From the NCBI RefSeq assembly GCF_009914755.1, contig NC_060942.1: a stretch of 64,000 nucleotides of DNA; one strand, written 5' to 3'. The notes under the pieces are model-generated. The model did not search any database, had not been told where the DNA came from, and worked only from the letters and a program-made list of their open reading frames with translations. Below, one piece after another: positions 1 through 13,140 of the stretch. Position numbers and translations under genes: made by a program. How positions within the stretch are numbered: the first letter of the stretch is position 1; each line of letters starts with the position of its first letter. Source of the DNA: the human T2T-CHM13v2.0 reference genome, Homo sapiens.

Positions 1-556
1 TGAGATAAGAAACCAGCAGGACTTGTTTTCTGAGCACTGGTCACTACCCTAGTTGTGACCCTGCTGATCAGAGCAGGATCTGGTTGAAACAGAGTGCAGT
101 ATAGAAGCCAGCCAGAACCAGCGGATAGCTACAAAAGTGGCTTCTAGTTGCCCTCACTGCTCATTAGAAGAAAGGTACTCCCACTGACACCATGACAATT
201 TATAAATGCCATGGCAACGGGCCATGGCAATGGCCCAGAAGTTACCTTATATGGTTCTGAAAACTCCCTGCCCCCTTTCCAGATAGTTTTAAATAACCTG
301 CCTCTTAATTGGCATATAGTTAAAATTGGGTATAAATACAACTAGCCCACAGCCAATACGTTGCTCTTTGGGGCACACTGCCTATGGGATAGCATGGCTC
401 TGCAAGGAGCAGTACCTCTGCTTCTGCTGTACGCTGCCACTTCAATAAACAAGTTGCTATCTAACACCACCAGCTTGTCCTTGAATTTTTTCCTGGGCAA
501 AGCCAAGAACCCTCCCCGGCTAAGCCCCAGTTTGAGGGCTTGCTTGCCCTGCATCA
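1..556 (+). mobile_element. ERV1 solo LTR (MER66-like)
   Basis: TG...CA termini (tgagataagaaaccagcaggacttgttttctg ... ccctgcatca) and an internal AATAAA; similar to the inverted LTR at 1126-1648. Confidence 0.75.
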
Positions 557-619
557 TCAACATAAAAAAATAGAGATAAATGTATAAGTACAAAGGTTTT
601 ATATGAGAATAATACACAA

Positions 620-1070
620 AAAGTAGGATTGCAATTCAGGACCTAAAGACTCACCAGAGTGGCCTCTGGAACAAAGGAAAAGGCAAGAGTTTATTGGGGA
701 AAGAGGAGATTACGCAAGTTGTTTTGAAAGAAAGCTTATTGGTGCTGGCGGCATCCTGCAAGAGCTGGTGACTCTGATGGGCCAGTGTCAGTCATTGCAA
801 GGTAGGACTTCTGATCTTGGGGTTTTAGTTAGGCCCTTGTAGTTTTGGATTGGGTTGGTGAGACGGTATTGAAACCGGCAACTATTCTGTATTGTGCTGC
901 TAGCTGTCCTTGTGTGACTCATGTGGTAAGCTGTGGTTTGGAAAAAGATTGTGATAGTTCCTGTTATCAGACAAATCTTGAGTGATTTGCCAGCTCTGTC
1001 TGCCAGGGTCTGACACAAGGGACGCTATTCCTGATTGTTCTTGAAGTGCATTCTAATTGTATCTCTCACA
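620..1070 (-). mobile_element. old LTR fragment, family unresolved
   Basis: LTR-like composition with reverse polyA signal (agtttattgg); termini not resolved. Confidence 0.35.
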
Positions 1071-1125
1071 ATGACAGAGTAATGGCCATTTTGCTTCATA
1101 GAAATTAGTAGGCAAAAGAAAGAAC

Positions 1126-1648
1126 TGAGGCAGGCAAACCCCAGAATTGCATCTCAGCCTGGAAGTGTTTTTGGCTTCACTCAGAATTCAACAGCGAGCT
1201 AGCCATGAAGGAAAGCAAGTTTATTAGAGCAACAGTGGGCAACAAAATGGCCACTCCACAGACAGAGCAGGGCCATCCCATAGGCAGAGCATCCTGGAGC
1301 AGCAGCAGCCAGGGTAGCAGCCCAGAGCAGCAGTCCCCACGGATTGCTGGCGAGCCATATTCATACCCAATCTCAATTATATAATAATTAAAGGGCAAAT
1401 TATTAGGAATTTTCTAGAAAAGGGGCAGAGGAGTTCCCAGAACTACATAAGGTAACTTCCAGGTCATTGCCATGGCATTTGTAAACTGTCATGGCGCTGG
1501 TGGGAGTGCCTTTTTGCTAATGAGCAGTGAGGACAACCAGAGGTTGCTTTTGTTGCCATCTGCTGGTTTCTGCCAGTTTCTCTGCTACATCCTGTTTAGA
1601 TCAGCAAGGTTGTGATCAGAAAACAAGTCCTGCTGATCTCCTACCTCA
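1126..1648 (-). mobile_element. ERV1 solo LTR (MER66-like)
   Basis: reverse complement starts tgaggtaggagatcagcaggacttgttttctg; 4-bp TSD GAAC at 1122-1125 and 1649-1652. Confidence 0.8.
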
Positions 1649-2014
1649 GAACTATTTCTGTGGCTAGTATTTTGCTGTGATGAAGTTTTTCTGAACTTAT
1701 TTTGACCCAGTAACCTTTTCATCTGGCTGACCTTTCTGTGGTCTCTGGACACCTAATGGAGATGCATAGTAACAAAGGCACGAAACCCTGAGCAGGTACA
1801 CAAGAAGGGCTTTTCAGGAGAGTTCCACTGTGTTGATGTCTTTATTATTTTCTTCTCAGGTGTTGCTATAATCACCTGAGAAAGCCCAAAGAAAAGGTGG
1901 AATGAACAGTTCCACTAAGTGATGTGAGAAGTCTGTCAGTCCCATTGCAAGCCAGGCCAGATATACAAAAAATTCTGCATTATCTGTTCTTCCTCATTGT
2001 TTGGTACCTGATAG

Positions 2015-2626
2015 TGTTACCAGCCAGGTGTAGGTCTGTTCTGCCCATGTGCCGTAAATCAATCACTGTAACACTAGTTTTGTAAGAGGGAAAGAATTTA
2101 TTCCCAAGGACACCAAGTGCGGAGGTGGGAGAATAGTTTTCAAATCCACTTCCCTGAAGATAAGGCTGAGGGATATTTATGGGTTAGGGACACAGGGTGA
2201 GGAAAGGTGATTGGCAGTGGGGGAAAATGAAGTAACAGGTTCTTTCTGCACAGGGTTCACAGTATTTCATAGGACATATGTATAGAAAGGCGGCATTAGC
2301 ATAACATAAGGGTGGAACTTTGGGCCTTCTGAAGTCAAAAGGCCACCTCTCGGGCACTTGCACAGGCTCCGTTGAAGTGTCAGTGGTCTCAACCAGTTTG
2401 AACTGAACAGGAGCTGGCCCAAGTTTCTGAAAAGCAACAGAAGCAACCATTACCATGTTGACCTGTTAATGTTATGCATAAAGTAGTCAGTGATGATTAA
2501 GTATCAGCGTTGAGTGTCAAGGCCTTTGGCTTCATGGAAAACACGAATAAACAAAAACAACAAAAAAGCAGGCCATCAAAAGCAAACAGGGCAGGCATAC
2601 CTGATGAAATTAACCCCTTGGTTTCA
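2015..2626 (-). mobile_element. ERV1 (MER4-group) solo LTR
   Basis: TG...CA termini with 4-bp TSD ATAG at 2011-2014 and 2627-2630; reverse polyA signal tttatt. Confidence 0.8.
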
Positions 2627-5600
2627 ATAGTACTAGCTGTAAATGGGCTCCTGGAGTTAAGGCATGATATATATATATATTAGCGTAGGAGCAATATATT
2701 TGTCACAATAATGGCTGTAGCTTGAAAACAAAGGTAGCTCTTTTAAAGACTGGAGCACAAGACACAGTAGTTGGAAAGGCAGAGGGCAGGGGTGGATGGC
2801 AGGGCAGGGGCTGGCAGAACATGGCCACCAGAGGTCAGCATTGAGACCACAGTCCTTAGGGTCAAGTGCAGGTGCTAGATAAAGCTTTTCATTGAATCAT
2901 CAGAAATAAGGCTTAACAAGTTACCATCCTTCAGAGTGGTAATATGCTGATTTAAATTGATCCTACATTATAAATAGATTGCAAATTTTTAAATTTTTAT
3001 TTCCTTATAAAATGAAAAACAGGGGTTGTAAATAGCTTACATAAACACATAAGTATTGTAACAAAATTTAAAATATACTTGCTGAAGAAATTACAGAAGA
3101 GGAAGCAATAGAGAGCTGGTGATAAAGCAGCAGTAAAGGTAACACCAAAATCCATCCCTTGAGATCTTTTATGTTGGTAAGTAAGCCACAAAAAAAATTG
3201 TTCTAAGTATTTTGGCTACAGATTCAAGGAGGACAATGACAGTTAATCATCTGTAAATATTTCTCACAATGTAACTTTTGTTAGGTAGAGAAGGACAGTG
3301 GTTCCAGTTTAATGTGAAGCCACAGATGTTAGCTGATTGGAGGGCGAGGCAGGACTAAGGTCTTCCTGTGATGCTGAGCGGTCTGAAGAGGGCACACACC
3401 TGATCCCCTCTCTCCACAGATAGGGACTAGGGGGCTACTTATGAACAGAGCCACAACTGCTCTCAGAACAATTTAGGTTCACTATGACAAGGTGCTGAAG
3501 GGGTCATCTAGTCCCTAAAGTTCTGGCTAATAAAGCAGTGCTTTGGAGGTGGTTACAACAATTAAGCCCTTTATGTAAATGAGGTCTTATATGAATGCCT
3601 AGTATCTACCAAATCCATGACCAGCAGCCCCATCGAGGCAGGGTGGGTACCCACAGCTGCGGTCTCCCATCTCTCACAGAGAGTCTTCTGGGAGTGTTCC
3701 AAGGCAGCTTGATGGCAGGTCCTAAGTCAGTCACCTTACAGTCAGATTACCAACAAGTTCCAGAAAGCTGTTCCTTTTGAGGTTAACAAAAACCAGACAT
3801 TTTTAAAATCAAGAATAATCAAATGCCCACCTTATAACTAAAAAAGAATCAATAAAGCTCTCACAGAATATTTAATACCAAGTAATAAAACTTCCTGGTG
3901 CACTCACCAAGATAAAAGGATTGTAAAGTATATTTCTGGGCAACTGAGTGACTTAAAATGCCACATAAGTTTGTTATCTTGAAGACAATAAAATGGTGAT
4001 GGAGGTCTAACAAAAATATTGCCATTGAATATTATCACCTGACTCTGAAAGTTACTGATGTGAAACCCACAACTTTTCATCTTTATTTATAAGAGTACAT
4101 TATTGTTGTTTTCCTCTGTGAATGATGGTGTCATCCAAAGAGCTTTGTTTTTCTACTATTTTGTTTTTGAAATGTTATAGATTTAAAAGCTTATATGTTT
4201 GTAGAAAGCAAATTTAAAAATTAAAAAATATTTTAGAGCACATTCCTATTTGACCCTACGGGAATGTGTCCTATTTGACACATTCCTATTTTCTTATCCT
4301 GCAAGAGATAACACCTACTAAACTTGACCTGCAAGTGACATAAAGGACAGATTTTGAGTGAGGGTCAGAAACAAGGGCGTTTAAATTGAGCTTCTGCAGT
4401 GAATTCTACTACAGGTACATGTCCAGGGGTGCAAATAACTGGGGTAAAATTAATAAAGATACTATTTATCAACTTTAATATATAACTTCATAACATTAAA
4501 AGGGAGTAGCCATGCTCAAATCCCAGAAGTTCCTGATTGGCCTGGGAAAAACATTTTTAAATTTAACTAAGAAAGAAGCCGGCGTCATTTGAACAGAAAT
4601 GACTCATATAATATAACCTTAAAGGAATAAAGAGATGATCTTTTTGAAAATAGGGTAAGCTATGTATCATATCCACCAGGTATAATCATACCTACATAAT
4701 CATAAAATCAGAAATATAAGCAGAAGTGGGCAAGAACAAAAGCTACTTTTCCAATTTTGCTTAAACTGTTTTAGAGGCAGGAAATCTTTTCCAGTTTTTT
4801 AAAAAACCATGCCATATAAGAAGACTGTTCATAAAGTAGCTTGAAGAAATGTGAATGACTAAGATTATCTGATTTCTGGGAAGATGCTGGGATGCTGGGA
4901 TGCTGGGATAAACAGAAGACATATTATTGCTCTATCAGGTGAGATGGGGGAGTGCACAGAAGTGTGGGCCGACAGGTGCAGGAAGCCGAGGCCGGGAATC
5001 AAGACCAGCATCTCCGGTTCACACCCATCTGCCCTCACCTCCGCCGACTTTCCCATCTGTCTCTGGACTGGGGTCCCAGCTTGATAACACACTGCAGTGC
5101 ATTTCCTCTGTTTTGCATGTGATCCTTTGGGGCTGGGCCTGGGAGGCAGCAGCATCTGGATCATGGCTCATGACCACCACGACTACTTCTCGGGGCAATT
5201 AACAAGAAAACATCCTGAGCTGAGAAAGAAAGAAGGGCTTGAATACAAGTGGAGACTGAATAAGCCGACCATGGAGGAGGAGAGAGCTGGGAGGCTTGAG
5301 GGAGATGTTTACAAGCCTGAGAAGCAGCAAACACAAGCACCATGACACAGAGGCAGCATGTGCAACTCTTCAGGACAAAATGCATCCGGAAGAGAGAAGA
5401 TGATTTTTAAAATAAATATAATTTAAACTTTCGGAGAAATATGAAAGGCTACAGTAACTATAAAATAAAAACAGAAGGCATGAAAGTATATTTTTAAACA
5501 ATTTTAAATAAGTACAGGTACCAAGATCTGGCTAATTATTATGGTATTTAATCAAGAACAACCCACAGGATGTATTCCTCCTTCACCCATGTACAAAGAA

Positions 5601-5657
5601 CAACTGCATCTAATATTTGTCCCTGGTTTTAAATCTTCCTTTCTTATGTGTTTACTT

Positions 5658-5815
5658 CTTTTTATTTTTTTAGAGACAGGGTCTGGCTCTGTGGCTCAGG
5701 CTGGAGTGCAGCAGGGCCATCATAGCTCACTGTAGCCTCGAACTCCTGGGCTCAAGTGATTCTCCCACCTTGGCCTCCCAAAGTGCTGAAATTACAGGCT
5801 TGAGTCATTGTGCCT
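5658..5815 (-). mobile_element. Alu monomer-length element (FRAM or AluJ with arm-to-arm deletion)
   Basis: polyT, then right-arm 3' end with AluJ diagnostics running directly into left-arm 5' sequence. Confidence 0.85.
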
Positions 5816-6204
5816 TTTAAAAAAACCTTTGAACAAAGTTGTGCTTCTGCAGAGGAAGGAGGCCAACCATGGAGGAAGCTATTAGGCAAGAAAAAGAGGC
5901 ATAGCAGAGGCTATGCTAGCTTCAGATCTGTGCTGAGGGGATAGCACCTCTGACCTGCCATGAAGTGAAGGCAATCGGTGCTCATCTGAGCTCCAGCTCC
6001 TGTGCCTACACCCCTGCCAGCCCCAGGAAAAGCAGGCTTCCCGTGGCACCTTCACCTCATCTATCTCCAGCCCTGGAGTTTGCTCTTCTCCATAGGGACA
6101 CGCCCTTCGAGGAAAAGACCGTTCATGGCTGCTGAGGAAACTCCGTAATTACCCATTCTAAACATTTTGTCCTCCGTAAACAAACGTACAGATTTTAAAA
6201 ATCA

Positions 6205-6515
6205 GCAGGGTGTGGTGGCTCACACCTGTAATCCCAGCACTTTGGGAGGCCGAGGCGGATGGATTACCTGAGGTCAGGAATTTGAGACCAGCCTGGCCAA
6301 CATGGTGAAACCCCATCTCTACTAAAAATTAAAAAGTTAGCCAGGCGTGGTGGCACATGCCAGTAATCCCAGCTACTCGGGAGGCTAAGGCAGGAGAATT
6401 GCCTGAGCCCGGGAGGCGAGGTTGCAGTGAGCCAAGATTGTGCCACCGCACTCCAGCCTAGCTGACAGCGTGAGACTCTGTCTCAAAAAGAAAAATAAGA
6501 AGAAAAAGAAAAAAA
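6205..6515 (+). mobile_element. AluS
   Basis: full dimer with A-rich tail; aaaaatca on both flanks. Confidence 0.95.
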
Positions 6516-7879
6516 TCAAGAGGCATTCGAATGATTCGAATGTAACTCAGAACATGCAAGAAAAAGACCTCCATAAACAAAGGAAACATTAGGTTCTAGA
6601 GAAATACTCAGAGATGGAGAAGGGAAAGAAGAGAACTTCTGAAAAATACAAATTAATGTTGTCAGAGAGATTTAAGCCCTTAATCTATTTATGCTCTTTT
6701 AAAGGAACAGCCAGCTATGAAATTAAAGAAAACAGAGTTTTGTAAATTAAAAACTGATATACATATACAAACAGAGGGAGAGAGAGAAATGGAAGGAGAT
6801 AGGTCAATATAAAAACTGAATAATTCCGTATTATATGGCTAAAGTTCTAACTATTTGTTGGGAAATAAACTTGGAGAAATCTCCCATAACATACCATAAA
6901 GGAAAAAAAAAACAATAGATTCAGTGAAAGAAAAATTTGAAAGCAAAGAGGATCATTACAGAAAGTCTAATGTTCATCTAATAGAAATTTTAGAAAGAAT
7001 TGAACAATGAAGAGATGAAATGATTTTTAAGAAAAGAAGAAAGATAATTTCCTGCGATGAAGATTTTAATCTCCAATTTTATAAGGTCCTTTGAATGTCA
7101 AAAAGGAAAATTTGAAAAGAGAAGGATACAAAATTTTTGAATTTTAACAAGATAAAATGCTTAAAACTCCCACAATGAAAGAAAAACTGGTATCAGACTT
7201 TTATCTACTTCACGGGTTTCTAGATCTAAGGCAAAATGATCACTTATGTATTACAGTTAACTAATATTTACAGACATGCCAAGACTCAGAAAATTTAACA
7301 TGTGAAAGAATAGCCTGCTATGAAATAAAGAAAAAAAGGCAGAGTTTTATAAATTAAAAACTGACATACATGCACACATGCAGAGAGAGAGAGAAATATT
7401 CCTTCTGAAAACAAAATTACTAAATGATAAATTCAAATAGAACAATCAGATAAATGAATCAATTTGAAAAGCCATGGGCTACATGAAGAACAAATTAGCC
7501 AGAACACAGATTTTATTTTTACAATGAAAAATGTGAATAGGTTATATTTATTAACTAAATGAGATAAAATCAAATTCATATAATAAAATAATTTTGTGTT
7601 GCTTGATAAAAATATACTTAAATCAAAATTAAGATAAAAGTTGAATATGAAACCATGGACAAATATATACCAGGTAGATGAGTTTTTAAAAAAAAACAAT
7701 TAAGTGATGATTAAACAAAGAATCCTATTGCTTGCTTAGCATCATTTATATAATGTGTGAAATACTAATTTTTAACTGTGTTTGTGTAAGTGTAACAATT
7801 GGACACAAATAGCCAAGATATATTTTACAAAGAAATAGAATTAAGGTAATGCTAGATATTAAATCTCATTCTCTTGCTT

Positions 7880-8720
7880 AGTTGCACTATCCGTTGTTGA
7901 AAGTAGAATAGTGAAGTCTTTATTACTGGTAAATTGTCTATTGCTCTCTTCAATTCTGTCAGTTTTGCTTCATGTATTTTGAGATTCTGTTGTTACATAT
8001 ACATATATTTATATTTGTTATACCTTCTTGGTGAATTTACCCTTATGTCATTATAAAATGTCCTTTGTCTCCAGGAACAACATGTGTCTATTTTGTCTAA
8101 TATTAGCATAGTCCCTCCAGCTCTCTGTTGGTTATCCATCTCTTTCCATCATATTAATTTCAACCAATTTGTGTCTTTGAATCAAAAGTGTGTTTCTTGT
8201 ATACATATTGTTGGATAGATATAGCGTATATTTATACAATGTTTTTTTCATTCACTCTTCCAATCTCTGACTTTTAATTGGAGAATTTAATCTATTACTA
8301 TTTAATATAAGTAAGATAGAATTTACTTCTGCCATTTTGTTATTTGTTTTTTACGTGACTTACGTCTTTTTTGTTCTTCCTTTTTTTTTCCATTACTGCC
8401 TTGTGTTAAATAGATATCTTCCAGTACCACTTCTATTTTCCAGTTAGTTCTTTTACTATATATTTTTGAGTATTTTATCATGATTATTATTGGGGTTACC
8501 ATTAGCATTTTAGCTTACAATAATCTAGTTTGGATTACTACCAACTATTTCAATAGTATTTTTTTAAATTTTGTTTCTATATAGCTTTGTTCCCCTACCC
8601 CTTAGGGCTGTTATGGTCCCAATATACATCTTCATATATTTTGAGGCCTTAATACATTGTGTATCAATCTACTTAGATGTACAATTATTGCATTAGGCAG
8701 TAGTCTTTTAAATCAGATAG
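7880..8720 (-). mobile_element. L1M fragment (ORF2 endonuclease/inter-ORF region)
   Basis: antisense L1 motifs such as ttcaattctgtcagttttgcttcatgtattttga. Confidence 0.75.
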
Positions 8721-8779
8721 GATATTTTAAGAGGAGCTACAAACAAAACCAAATTTCTACTTTCTTCTATATTTATATC

Positions 8780-8990
8780 TGTCCCAGGCATAACCATCTT
8801 AGATCATCCAGTCACCAGTCAACAACCCTCCAGCTGAGTGAGCCTAACCAAGATCACCCTTGCCCTGTCCCAACCAGAAGAACCACCCAGCTGACCCTAG
8901 GCTCATGAGCAATCATAAATGTTTATTGCTTTGCTCCACCAAGCTTTGAAGTGGTTTTCTTTACAGCATTATTGTGGAAGTAGATAAAAA
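8780..8990 (+). mobile_element. MLT1 (MaLR) LTR 3' fragment
   Basis: cagaagaaccacccagctgacc ... ttacagcattattgtgg-agtagataa, typical MLT1 3' end. Confidence 0.7.
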
Positions 8991-9307
8991 GTGATTTAGT
9001 AAATTTTTCTGTTTGATTTGTGATGTATCCTTTTTCATTCTGCTTCTTCACATGCTACATTCTGTATCACCTCCATTGTTCCTTCCATCTATCCAGTCTT
9101 TTTTTGCCAACACCACCCTTTTTGATTTTTCACTTTTCTGTATATTCCAATATTTCATTTTCCAAGAAATGGGTATTAAATTCTTCTGCCACTTTCTCAG
9201 CATAGAGGATATTGTATGTTTTTTCTTATTGGTTCTATTGATGTAATGTTATATATTCATGATTTAATAAATTAAACTGCTCATGAATTCATGCAAATAG
9301 GTTTTTC

Positions 9308-9736
9308 TCAGGAATTCATGAGACAGGTCTCAATCAGTTTTGAAGTTTATTTTGCCAAGGTCGAGGATGTGACCAGGAGACAGGTCTGTGCCTTTCTTGA
9401 AAGATGATTTTGACGGCTTCAATATTTAACGGGAACAAGTGGACTGGAGGGGAGGGAAAGAGAGTATGGTTACATTATGGAATCCACGTGTTGCAAGATA
9501 AAGGAGCAGGTAAGGGAATGGTCAATTTTGTATTTGTCTGGAGCTCAGTAAATCCACACTTTATATAAGATAAGGTGGAGATAGAGTAGCTACCTGTGGA
9601 AATATTTAACCTTTTATCTGTACCTCTCTGCTTAGGAACAAAAGGAAAGGCAGCTTCTTTGTAGGTCTCAGCTTTCAGCCTGATTTTTAATTTTGGCAGA
9701 GTGAATTGGGGTCCCAAGTTTTATTTTCCTTTCACA
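9308..9736 (-). mobile_element. MER4A-type ERV1 LTR
   Basis: reverse complement begins tgtgaaaggaaaataaaacttgggacccc; also gagacaggtctc...agtttattttgccaagg. Confidence 0.85.
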
Positions 9737-10019
9737 TTTCGATCTCAGTCTTCTAGAATTTTACCCACTATTTTTACATCTACACTTACATGTGAATTTG
9801 GTCTTTAGTTTTGTGTGTTCTCATTATCACAATTTTATGTGAGAATTTTGAAAGCTTAGTGAAATGAATTGGGTTTCCTTAATTGTCTATGCTTTGGGGC
9901 ATAATTTATATATTAGAAGCATTATCTGTTCCTTGAAGATTTCAAGTAACTGACCCGGAAAACCATCTTTATATCTAACTCACTGAGCCCCTTAGCAATG
10001 AACACGTTTAATGATCAGA

Positions 10020-10480
10020 TCTAAGAGGAATACAATACCAATTATGTAGTCATTCTGCCAAAAATGCATAACTGAAATCTAATCATGATGACATAGAATA
10101 CAAACAAATTAAGGGACAGTATGCAAAATAAACAGTTGAAATATACTTTTCAAAAATACCTGTGCCACGAAAGACAAAAAAAAATTAAAGAACTTTTCTA
10201 AATTCAAGGACACTAAAGCGACATGAAAACTAAGGGCAATGTATGATCCTCAGTTGGAGCCTGGATTAGGAAAAATGGCTGTAACAGATATTATTGAATA
10301 ATCGGCAAATTTTTAATATGACTATAGGTTAAATAATAGTATTACAGCTGTGTAACTTACCTGATTTTGGTAATTATGCTGTGGTTATGTAAGAGAATGC
10401 CCTTGTTCTTAGGTGATGTTCTCTGAAGTATGGAGAGTTAAGGAGAAAAATGGTCATAAGGAACAACTCTTTTTTACTTT
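10020..10480 (+). mobile_element. L1MC/ME 3' UTR fragment
   Basis: gccaaaaatgcataac...tctaatcatga and gtggttatgtaagagaatgcccttgttcttagg. Confidence 0.7.
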
Positions 10481-11341
10481 TAGACAATCAAATTAACGCC
10501 ATTGTAATTACACTAACTCAATTGGAATTGACACAAATATTTTTCCAGACACAACAGAAACTCACTAAATCTAAGTGTTTATTATGAATTTTAAAAATCT
10601 CATTAATAAAGCATTAGATTATTTCATACATCATTTATATAATTATTTATAATCTCTGTATTTTCATGCTAGAATTTTGATAGGGCTATAACAAGTAGTA
10701 AATAATACAATTGGATTCTGCATATCTCTCACAGTTTTGGCCAACACAGATATTAAAATCATGCTAATGACATAGTTACATTGTGTCATGTATGTGGGCC
10801 CTTTTTTTTAGAAGGAACTCTAAATAAACTCAGAGTGTGTGCATCTGAAACCTACAATGAATCTGGAAGGTAAATAGCTGTACCGCTCACTGTTTACTGG
10901 CCAACTGTTTACACAGCTCATGAAAAAACACATGTATGTGCCCATTCAAATGTTTTTAATCCGAGAAAATTGTCAGAAATAACCTGGAAGCATTTCTTCC
11001 TGAAGACAAAGTCTGAGGGTGGTGACCTGTAGAGCGAGAAGACGTTGATCTACTGTCTTCCAAGTGCAAGATTCTGGGCTAATGAGACAGCTCAGGGTGA
11101 GTTTCAGTGCCCAGGCAGCAGGCTGAGATGAGGCCTCACTCTTCTGTGGAATCCATTTATTTACATGCATCTTGCTATGTTTACAGATGGGCAGCAGATT
11201 AAAAAAACACCATAAGTAAGCCTAAAGGCACTTAAGAAGAGTACTATATTAGTTGAATAATAAAACTGAGTAAATTTTAGAATGTAACTTAGATAAATTG
11301 GGGTTAATAAAGAAATGTCTAGGTATTAAAAATTGTTTTCA

Positions 11342-11650
<309 letters not shown>

Positions 11651-12037
11651 TCACCTAGATGTCTTGGAATTTTATGGAGAAATTCTCAAGATTTGCCTGT
11701 GTAAATCCATGACTTCCCAGTTCTCACGTTCTGCATGGGCAATGTTGGACCAATTATATCACCCAGACACAATATGCAGCTTCCTTCATGTCTGTCTGGC
11801 TCTGCTCTCTTTCCTGGAAAACCCTCTCTCTGCCCCATCTCAAGGTAGACGCAATCTCTCTTGACCAGTTTCTTGATATACATAGAAACTATTTTAAAAC
11901 CTATTAACTGAGAAAATATATATGTCAACACACACGTCACTCACAAATATACAAACCTTCGCTTTTACCATTTAATAAATTATATGCAGAAACTTAATAA
12001 AATCAGAGAAGACAGAGCAGAAAACAAAATCAGTTTT

Positions 12038-12325
12038 GTTTTGTTTTGTGTTTTATTTTTATTTATTTATTTTGAGACAGAGTCTCTCTTTGTGGCCCAG
12101 GCTGGAGTGCAGTGGCACAATATCAGCTCATTGCAACCTCTGCTTCCTGGGTTCAAGCTATTCTTCTGCCTCAGCCTCCCGAGTAGCTGAGACTACAGGA
12201 ACATGCCACCAGACCTGGCTAGTGCCCAGTACTTCAGGAGCCCGAGGAGGGCAGATCACGAGGTCAGGAGTTCTAGACCAGCCTGGCCAATATGGTGAAA
12301 CCCCGTCTCTACTAAAAATACAAAA
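12038..12325 (-). mobile_element. AluS with inverted left arm (twin-primed)
   Basis: right arm on - strand (to ~12221), left arm on + strand (~12225-12325); TSD acaaaatcagtttt at 12024-12037 and 12320-12333. Confidence 0.9.
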
Positions 12326-13140
12326 TCAGTTTTTAAAATCTCAGGTTAATCAGGAAGGCCAGGAAGAGTGAGTGGGATTACAAGTGTCTGAAAACCAAGG
12401 ATTGTGAGCAATAAAAAAGTGGAGAGATCCAGACCAGATGCCAGCAGGGATGGGGAGAAATTCTACCCAAAATCTGATGGGTGCAGAAACACATCTACTC
12501 ATGCCTAATAATTTTTTTATTTGTTTCACTCCTAGCACTTTGGTCTACCTGATCCTTTCTAACAACTAACACAGATCCTCAGTCACCATTCCCAGTCCAT
12601 TATTCCCCTGCCCACACTCTTTTCACCTGCAGGACAACCTCTCCCCTCCATGCCCCAATATTCTCCTCCATCCCATTCACCCTTTGAAACGAGCCGATAA
12701 ACTAATCATAGTGGCATCGTGGCTGTTAAGGCTCGGTGCAATAGCTTCCTGGGGTGTTGTGTTTTAATAGAGAACAAGAAGCCTTCTGATAAGAGAATAC
12801 ATCCCCAACTGTGGCTTTTCCAATAAGATACTGCAGGAAGAGGATATGTTTTTCAAGAACAGCAAGCATCCCGATGGCTCCCATCTGCCTGGTGAGCTGC
12901 TTCTCTGCCTTCGTCTCAGGTTGGCCCTGCCTGTGTTCCCCCAGTGTCATTGCCTGCAGTCAATCTCCTTTCTAAAATAAATCCCAGAACTAGCTATGTC
13001 TTTGTCCTTTTCTGACATCTGAAGACTGGCATGATCTGAAAGCAATCTATGCCCTCTCGCCTCAAACACTCTCTAAAAGCAAATATCTAAAAATATCTAA
13101 AAGCAAATTCCTGCATCCCTAGAAATCTACCATGGCAAAA

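Larger units (their letters stand above)
5340..7700 (+). mobile_element. ancient L1M/HAL1-like ORF1 remnant, interrupted by Alus
   Basis: A-rich degenerate L1 ORF1-type sequence (gtctaatgttcatctaatagaa, ctggtatcagacttttatc). Confidence 0.5.

Noticed and set aside
4883-4906. (GATGCTGG)3, and accatatactttg repeats at ~58328-58362
   Set aside because: Ordinary slippage micro-duplications
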